NCBI GenBank assembly: GCA_050613775.1
Contig: JBODTK010000151.1
Coordinates: 186,001 to 250,000, forward strand
From: Neocallimastix sp. 'constans'
Lineage: Eukaryota
Length of the DNA: 64,000 bases
Direction: 5' to 3'
Part shown: in pieces, positions 56,364 through 64,000 of the stretch
Layout of the letters: each line of letters starts with the position of its first letter
Position numbering within the stretch: position 1 is the stretch's first letter
Notes under the pieces: generated by a model
Seen by the model: only the letters and a program-made list of their open reading frames with translations
Databases searched by the model: none
What the model was told of the DNA's origin: nothing
Program-made: the position numbers and the translations under genes

Positions 56364-58190
56364 ATGATGTCAAATCAAAATAATATAAATATGCTTGAAG
56401 CGGTGAATCAATTAAGATATTTTCTTAGTACAGCTCATTTAAATTGGGCTGCAAACCAAACATTAAAACGTTTTCAATTGCCAAATGGTGAAACAATATC
56501 TTGTGTATACTGGAAAAATACTTTTTATATTACCGGTACTGATATTGTAAGGTCCCTTGTCTTTCGTTTTCATGCTTACGGCAGGCCCGTTAAAAACATA
56601 AAAAAGTTTGAAGAGGGTATATTTTCTGATTTAAGAAATTTAAAGCCAGGAGTAGATGCTATTTTAGAAGAGCCAAGATCAGAATTCTTAGAAATGTTAT
56701 ATAAGAATAATTGTATTAGAACTCAAAAGAAGCAAAAAGTTTTCTTCTGGTTCTCTGTTCCACATGATCGTTTATTCTTAGATGCTTTAGAACGTGATCA
56801 TAAGAGAGAATCTGAAGGTAAAGAACCTTCTACTGTTACTCTTCAAAGTGCACCACTCCTTGAAGCCATGGCAATGAATCCACAAACCAAAATTCCAAAT
56901 AATTTAAAGCAATACGCTGCTTCTAGCAATAATGCTCTTCCACAAAATCAACAAAATACACATGTTAATAACTACTTTATAAATGCAAATGATAAAACAC
57001 AATTACCACCAATAAATACTAATGTTAATATTAGTCAAGATAAAACCGTAAATATGAATTATCCAATGGTACAAGCTCAAGTAGTTCAAATGGTTCCACA
57101 ACAAGTATATCAACCACAAATGTATACTCCAGTTCAAGGTAACAATACTCAATATGTTATAACTCAATCACAAAGTGTTCAAAATCAAATTATGTCTCCA
57201 GCTTCCGCAGTTCCAGTAGATCAAATTCATACTCCAACTATGAATAATACTCCAATTGTTCATGTTGTAAATAATCAACAAATTATTTACCAACAACAAC
57301 CACAAGTTATAACTACTCAAGTTGCACCAATCACCACTTATGCTCAAGAAGGGCTGGGCCAATCTGAACTTAAGAATGGTGAAGTAGTTAATACTACTAC
57401 TCCAACAATGATCAATACTCCAATAGTATATACCACTGTAAGTTCTTCAACTCAATCATCTCCAGTATCTATTGATAATGAAGAAATTGTTTTTGGAGAA
57501 CAAGATAATAAAGAACAATATATATATGCATGTGATGTTAAAGGATGCGGAAGAAGATTTAAACGTGTTGAAAATTTAAGAAGACACCAACGTTGTCATA
57601 AAACTGATTCTGGTTATGGAAAGGAGATGATTCAACGTCAAGCCAGTTTGAGTAAGCTTAAGATTCAAACTCCATATGTAATAAAGAATCAAGGTCCATA
57701 TACACCACAAGCTATAAGCTATAACCCAAGTACTGGTTTAGCCACTCCAATATCTGCTCATCCGGTATCTCAAATGCCATCCCCACCAACGAATGAATTT
57801 AGCTGTAGTAATATGGTTGTTAAACAAGAAACTAGCAATGTTTGTAAGCCAATATCTCCAAATGAATCAACAGGCACTTACTATCAAGGTGAAGTTAGTC
57901 AAGTTGCTCAAAATCAAACTTCTCCAGTTATTGTTACTACTGCTGGAACTATTTATACTAATGATGTATCTGTTTCTTCATCAAATCAAAACGTGAGTGG
58001 AAGAACTTTATTCCCATCTATTGCTGAAACTCAAGCAACATATGTTCAAACTTCAGCAATAGTTCAAAATGATGCTACTAATGCTTGTCAAATACCTTCT
58101 CCACCAATTCAATATCAACCAAATTATAATCAAGTAACTTACCATACTCAAACTAATCAAGTTTATACTTCTGCAGCTCCAATCTACTAA
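56364..58190 (+). CDS. STE12: Ste12-like transcription factor (STE domain plus one C2H2 zinc finger, Q/T/P-rich), 608 aa
   Basis: STE domain motifs FLSTAHLNW, ISCVYWKNTFYITGTDIVR, KKFEEGIFSDLRNLKPG and CIRTQKKQKVFFWFSVPHDRLFLDALERD. C2H2 finger YACDVKGCGRRFKRVENLRRHQRCH. Confidence 0.96.
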   Translation: MMSNQNNINMLEAVNQLRYFLSTAHLNWAANQTLKRFQLPNGETISCVYWKNTFYITGTDIVRSLVFRFHAYGRPVKNIKKFEEGIFSDLRNLKPGVDAILEEPRSEFLEMLYKNNCIRTQKKQKVFFWFSVPHDRLFLDALERDHKRESEGKEPSTVTLQSAPLLEAMAMNPQTKIPNNLKQYAASSNNALPQNQQNTHVNNYFINANDKTQLPPINTNVNISQDKTVNMNYPMVQAQVVQMVPQQVYQPQMYTPVQGNNTQYVITQSQSVQNQIMSPASAVPVDQIHTPTMNNTPIVHVVNNQQIIYQQQPQVITTQVAPITTYAQEGLGQSELKNGEVVNTTTPTMINTPIVYTTVSSSTQSSPVSIDNEEIVFGEQDNKEQYIYACDVKGCGRRFKRVENLRRHQRCHKTDSGYGKEMIQRQASLSKLKIQTPYVIKNQGPYTPQAISYNPSTGLATPISAHPVSQMPSPPTNEFSCSNMVVKQETSNVCKPISPNESTGTYYQGEVSQVAQNQTSPVIVTTAGTIYTNDVSVSSSNQNVSGRTLFPSIAETQATYVQTSAIVQNDATNACQIPSPPIQYQPNYNQVTYHTQTNQVYTSAAPIY

Positions 58191-59924
58191 GCGAAACGAA
58201 AAATGCGTTTTTAAATTATATTTATTATTGTTAGTTAGTTTTAATCAGCAGACTGGAGTTGTTTATTTATAAATATATTTATTTATAGAAACACTTTAGT
58301 TTTTATTTTAGATAATTATTATTTATGTGAAAAATATTTGAATATATAAATTATCGTATATAACAAAAAGTTAAATTCTTTTATAAAAATGAGAAAAAAA
58401 AATATTCACAAACGATACTTAATAATATAGTAAATAAAATAATTTATTTATTCTATTATTATTTTTTCATAAAATTTTTTTTTGAAATATATTAAAGCTT
58501 TTTGACGAGTAGATCTCAAAAAAAAAGTTTTAGTTTTATTTTGAAAGGAAGAAATAATAAAAATAGAATTTTCATTATATAATTTTTTTAATATATTAAA
58601 ATAAATTGTTTTATTTATGACATACATACCATTATACCATAATATTGTTTATAACGATAATTTAAAAAAAAAGAAACTTTTTTTTTTTATTAAAAAAGAG
58701 AAAAAATTAACTGGTAAAAAATATATATATATATAAAGGTAATATCTTTTACAAATATTTTACATAAATATTCAATTAATTATTTATTTTATAAAATAAA
58801 TATATAATATATACAAATGATATTTAATATTTCAAAAATTATCAAAATTAAAAAATAACAATTATAATTAAAAAAAAAAAAGAAAATCATAAATAATTTA
58901 TAATAATATTAAAAATCAATATTATTAAATAAAAAGATAATTATTTAGTTTTTATTTTAAATTACTATATACAAGCGAAATCATTAAACAATTTTTATTA
59001 TTATTTACAAAAGAATCATAAATAATATATATTTTTAAATTTAATTATAAAATATTTTTATAAGAAAATATAACAAAAATTAAACAATTTAAAAGTTATA
59101 ATTAATATATTTAAATATAATAAAAAAAATGAAAAAATCAAGAAAATAAGAAAATAAACAAAAGACAAAAAAAAAAAAAAAAAAAAAAAGTAATAAAAAT
59201 CAAATTAAAAGACAAAAATAAAAAAAAAGCAAAAATAAAACGTAATAAAAATCAAATCAACACAAAAAACATAAAAAGTAAAAAGAATAAAAAATAATTA
59301 TTAGAAGTTAAAAAAAATCTTTAAGGGAAAGATACAAGAAATAAAAGGAATATGAATGTATATATTTTCTTTTATATAATTTGTGTCTTTACCTTTTTAA
59401 TAATTAATAATACCATTTAATATTAAAACGTAGAACTTTTAAAATAATTTTAGATAGATAAATTTTATTTTTATATTTTTTGAATTTACTAAAAAAAAAA
59501 AAAAAAAAAAAAAAAAGGAAATTAGTAATACATGGGAGAAAATTATGTAATAGAAAGAGAAAGAAAGATAGAAAATAAATATTTAGAAAAAATGATAATG
59601 TAGATCGTGAAGTTTTTTCTAATGAAATTTATTTTTATTGATTTTCTATTTTTCGATACCCTTTTATTTTCATACTTCTCTTTAATAAAAATAGAATATT
59701 ACAATTTTTTTTTTATTTTTTTTTTTTTGAAAGTTTTTTAATAATGTAGAAAAATATATAGTTAAATTTAATTATTTAAAATTTTTATTAAAAATTAAAA
59801 ATAAAATTTGAAAAAAACAAACAAACAAACAAAAAAAAAAAAAAATTATTTTCTATTATTATTAATTTTGTAATGTGTGTATAATATTTAATGGATTAAT
59901 TCGATTATTATTGAATTTTGAAGT

Positions 59925-60116
59925 GACATATGGTTCGTAGTCCTTTACAAAGTCCTATATTAAAAAGCCTATTAAATAATGTTTATAATTGGTGGATCAA
60001 AAATGAAATGACCTTTGGAATTAGTAAATGTTTTACACTTGTTGAGGAAATGCAGTATATGAAATTTATTAATAAAGAAGGCATTTTATTTATAAAGTTC
60101 ACAATATAATTAAAGC

Positions 60117-60161
<45 letters not shown>

Positions 60162-60355
60162 ATTAATGATATCTTTCAATATCCTTCGAGAGAGTCTGCT
60201 TTACCTATTTCATATTTATTGAGGGCTTACGTGAAATTCTTTACTAATGTTATGCCTATTGTGATTAGTGATTTTTACACTATGATCAATCTGTATACCA
60301 ATAGACCTGCCGTTGTCAAGAGCGATGACATCAAAACCATAAGGATTCGATGATA
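59925..60355 (+). mobile_element. Older, divergent LINE RT remnant
   Basis: Translates WWIKNEMTFGISKCFTLV, the RT-end motif W..NEM...KC also seen in the copy at 220-260. Confidence 0.55.
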
Positions 60356-60359
60356 TTTT

Positions 60360-60611
60360 ATGCTATTCTATAGTAATTTGTCAAGTTTTGTATTATACAC
60401 CACCTCTACTTGGATCAAAAAAAAAAAAAAAAAAAAAAGAAAGAATGAGAACTCTACACAGCTACACTAGTTAATACAGGATTATACTAAGAATTGAAGG
60501 ATTTTCCAATGCAAATAGCTTTACATCCATTTATTGTGTTTTTAAAAAGCTTAACATTCCTCCTCTATCGACGAAATGTGTTTAATTGCTTAGGTATGTT
60601 TTAAAAAATGG

Positions 60612-60656
<45 letters not shown>

Positions 60657-61830
60657 GAATTGTAAAAAAACTTAAATTAAGAGATGTATCATGTGATAGT
60701 CGTCATGTATGGGATTATAGGACAGGAAAATCAATCAAGGCTAAGGTTTATAAGAAAAATGAATATGAGAGAACTAGGGACTACTTAAAGCTTAACTTTA
60801 AGTATCCTAAATATAGCATTGGTTTCCGATGGTTACTTCGTGCCAGATGTAGATATAAATTTGATGCTCGTCCTGTCTGGAACGCTGTCCTTATTGTTAT
60901 AGAGAAAATAGTAATCTTCGATTGGATCATTGGTTTTCTAAATGATATCTTTTCCGTGAATTTCGAATGAAATATTTTATGGATATTGAAATTCTTTATG
61001 AAAAAATTTTTTTTATAATTACCAAATATATTGTAATGTAAACACTGTGGTCACAAACATGAAAAATATAGAATCAAGTACTGATTCCGATAGTAGTAAC
61101 GAAATGTATAATATTAATAATAATGATAATAAAAACAATAGCAATAGTATTGTTAATAATGATAATATTTTGATAGTGAAAATATTAATACTAGTATTAA
61201 CGATAGTGAAAATAATAGTATCGTCACTAATAATGTAGTGAATAAGTCAATTGGTGAAAATCGTATTAATACAGTAATTTTCTGAATAATGAGTGTGTGA
61301 TCTGGTACCCATTATATAACTTTCTTCTTGGTGAAAGTGAAGCAGACATTATTGATTTAGATTATAAAAAGAAATAGGATGTTTTGTTTAATGTTTAATA
61401 ACCAAATCATTTCTGGTGATTAGTTTAAAACGTCATTCTAGGTGTGATCTGCGGCTCTCTTTACAGAAATTATACCATGGGTTATTACTCAATAAGGATT
61501 GCTATTCCGACGGTATAAGTGCAAACTAACCAGGAATGTCAACTCTGAAAATGCAGTTAAGACAGGCCATTTGGGGTCAATGCCTCTGAAAGAGAAGACC
61601 ATATTTTCTTTCATATTGTCAATTCAAACCCTAATCGGGAATAAGAATTCCATTTAAACAGAAATCTTATAATTTGGAGGTGAGGTTCGCTGCATATGAA
61701 CATTTTTCTGAATTTATTTTTCACTTTATTTTGAATATTACTTTTGATTTCAAGTTATTATTTTAAATATTATTAAAGTTCAAATTGGACAAATAATATT
61801 TTTTTTTTTTTTATTAATTGTGTGTGTGTG

Positions 61831-61864
<34 letters not shown>

Positions 61865-62082
61865 AAAATATTCATGTAATTATTAATTAATAAAAGAACT
61901 ATTTTAAATATTATTATGCTTAAATTGGACAAATAATATTTATTTTTTTTATTAATTGTGTGTGTATTTTTTTTTTTTAAAAAAAAAAAAAATATTCATG
62001 TAATTATTAATTAATAAAAGAATAAATAAATAATGTTAAAGTTCGCAGTAATTGAGGCTAAAAAATAAAAAAAAAAAAAAAA
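60360..62082 (+). mobile_element. 5'-truncated LINE copy with 3' UTR and poly(A), same family as 1-1858
   Basis: Collinear with ~385-1858 (tgccagatgt, tggtacc, ggtgtgatctg, aatgcctctgaa, ggaggtgaggttcg). Ends aaagttcgcagtaattgaggct plus an A-rich tail. Contains an internal ~140-bp duplication and (GT)n at 61780-62030. Confidence 0.88.
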
Positions 62083-62223
62083 TAATACAGATTCGAATGA
62101 TGATTTTTATTTATATGGAGTTATCATCAATAAATGGGAAAAGTTAAAGGTCATTTCGTCCTTAAAACTCAAAATATAGTTTTTTAATATTAATGTAAAA
62201 ATTTCATGTATCATATTCTTAAT

Positions 62224-62277
<54 letters not shown>

Positions 62278-63010
62278 TAATAAATATTGAAAAAAAAAAA
62301 GGTATATGTAAATGTAGTAATATATATTTATTTATTATGAAATTCTTTGAATAATTAATAGATTTGAATAATTAATAGATAATAAAAAAAAAAGTGGTTC
62401 TATATAGCATTTAAAAATATAATATTATTTTTAAATCTTTTGAGATTGGAACTTTGTATTTTTATTTGTAAAAAATTTACTTTGAGGAAAGAGTTTAATG
62501 AAAATTCTCATTATATCATTTTATGAAACTTTTTCACTTTGTATTTGTATTATATCTATTACATATATATTTTAGGTTATTTTTATTTAATTATCACTAT
62601 TTTTGAAATAAATAATTATATATATATATATATATATTTTTTTTAATATGGTCTTTTTCAGTGATATTAATTAATAATTAAAATGGTATTATTCATTATA
62701 TTAATGTAACAAGTATATTTTGAAAATTTTTGAATAATTATAATAATTTAAAAAAAAAAAAAAAATTTTTTATAGTTTCTATATTAAGAAAATAAATAAT
62801 TAATTATCGTTGTTGTTTAAAGAAAGTATATAAAGTGGTTCAAATATATAGTTAGTAAGATAATATTAAAAAAAGTGGCAAAACATATGTTAAATGCTAT
62901 TTAGATCAATATAAATTTATATGATATTTGGATCAATCAATATTTATATATCTATAATAAATTTTTAATTTTTATAATTTGAAGTTTTTTTTTTTTTTTT
63001 TTAGTGAATT

Positions 63011-63049
<39 letters not shown>

Positions 63050-63196
63050 TTGAGTAACATAGTTATAAATTTTGATAATTGCAACAAAAATCAATATTTT
63101 TTTTATTTAATAGTTATTTAATCCTTATTACATAAAATTTTCTTAGATTATAAAACTTTTTTATTTATTTATTTATTTTATAAAAATAATAAAAAT

Positions 63197-63204
<8 letters not shown>

Positions 63205-63233
<29 letters not shown>

Positions 63234-63462
63234 GTCAAATGTAATTTTCCAAGCAATCGTTTTTTTATTTTTAAAATTAATAGTAATTAAATGAATTGAC
63301 TGCATGAATGATGTACTAAAAAAAAAAAAAAAAAAAATAATTAAAAAAAAAAAAAAAAAAGTAGTCAAATGTAATTTTCCAAGCAATCGTTTTTTTATTT
63401 TTAAAATTAATAGTAATTAAATGAATTGACTGCATGAATGATGTACTAAAAAAAAAAAAAAA
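63205..63462. repeat. ~130-bp direct tandem duplication
   Basis: gtagtcaaatgtaattttccaagcaatcg...tgcatgaatgatgtact at 63231 and 63361. Confidence 0.9.
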
Positions 63463-63915
63463 TTAAGGTTTGTCTACTGATTTTGGAGAAATTTTTTGAT
63501 ATAAAAATAAATTAAAAATAAATTAAAATTATTATGTTTATATATACATATACTTTTAAAATATTATTAATATTAAGAAATATTTATAAATGTACATGAT
63601 TAATTAAATCAATTAATATGTTATTATATATACATATATCAAGGTATATATTAAATATATATATGCAATTTTATTTATCTAATTGATTTTGATTAGTGGA
63701 AAGGATAATACAAAAAAAAATTCTTTAAAAAATATATATATATATAAATATTTATAACAAAAACAATAAACTAAAAACTATAATTATAATAATAATAATA
63801 ATAATATTTCATTTATAAAATAATATAATAAATAATATATTATTATATTATGTTAATTTTTAATATTTAAAATTTTGTTACATGTAAATTTTATTTTTTC
63901 ATTTTTTTTTTCTAA

Positions 63916-63949
<34 letters not shown>

Positions 63950-64000
63950 TTTTTTGTTTATCTTTTTTTTTTTATTTGATTAATTTTTCTTAAATAGTTA

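Noticed and set aside
2099..63386. Numerous 60-100 aa F/I/L/Y/K/N-rich ORFs in the track
   Set aside because: Products of homopolymers and microsatellites in AT-rich intergenic DNA.

Overview
Extremely AT-rich eukaryotic DNA (roughly 80-90% AT by eye, with long homopolymers and microsatellites). The composition and gene content fit an anaerobic gut fungus (Neocallimastigomycota); this is inference. Four intact genes are supported, all on the + strand: two tandem class IV-like chitin synthases (2 exons each, with patches of nucleotide identity in the catalytic core), a 2-exon G-protein gamma subunit (Ste18-like, CAAX) that the ORF track only half shows, and a Ste12-like transcription factor with a single C2H2 finger. 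The rest is decayed non-LTR retrotransposon copies, a poly(A)-tailed insertion with a target-site duplication, a TTAA-flanked MITE inside a larger inverted-repeat element, decayed ankyrin and unknown pseudogenes (one possibly of foreign origin), many local tandem duplications, and an isolated ~235-bp structured GC island that may be an unannotated ncRNA. Most other ORFs in the track are low-complexity artefacts.
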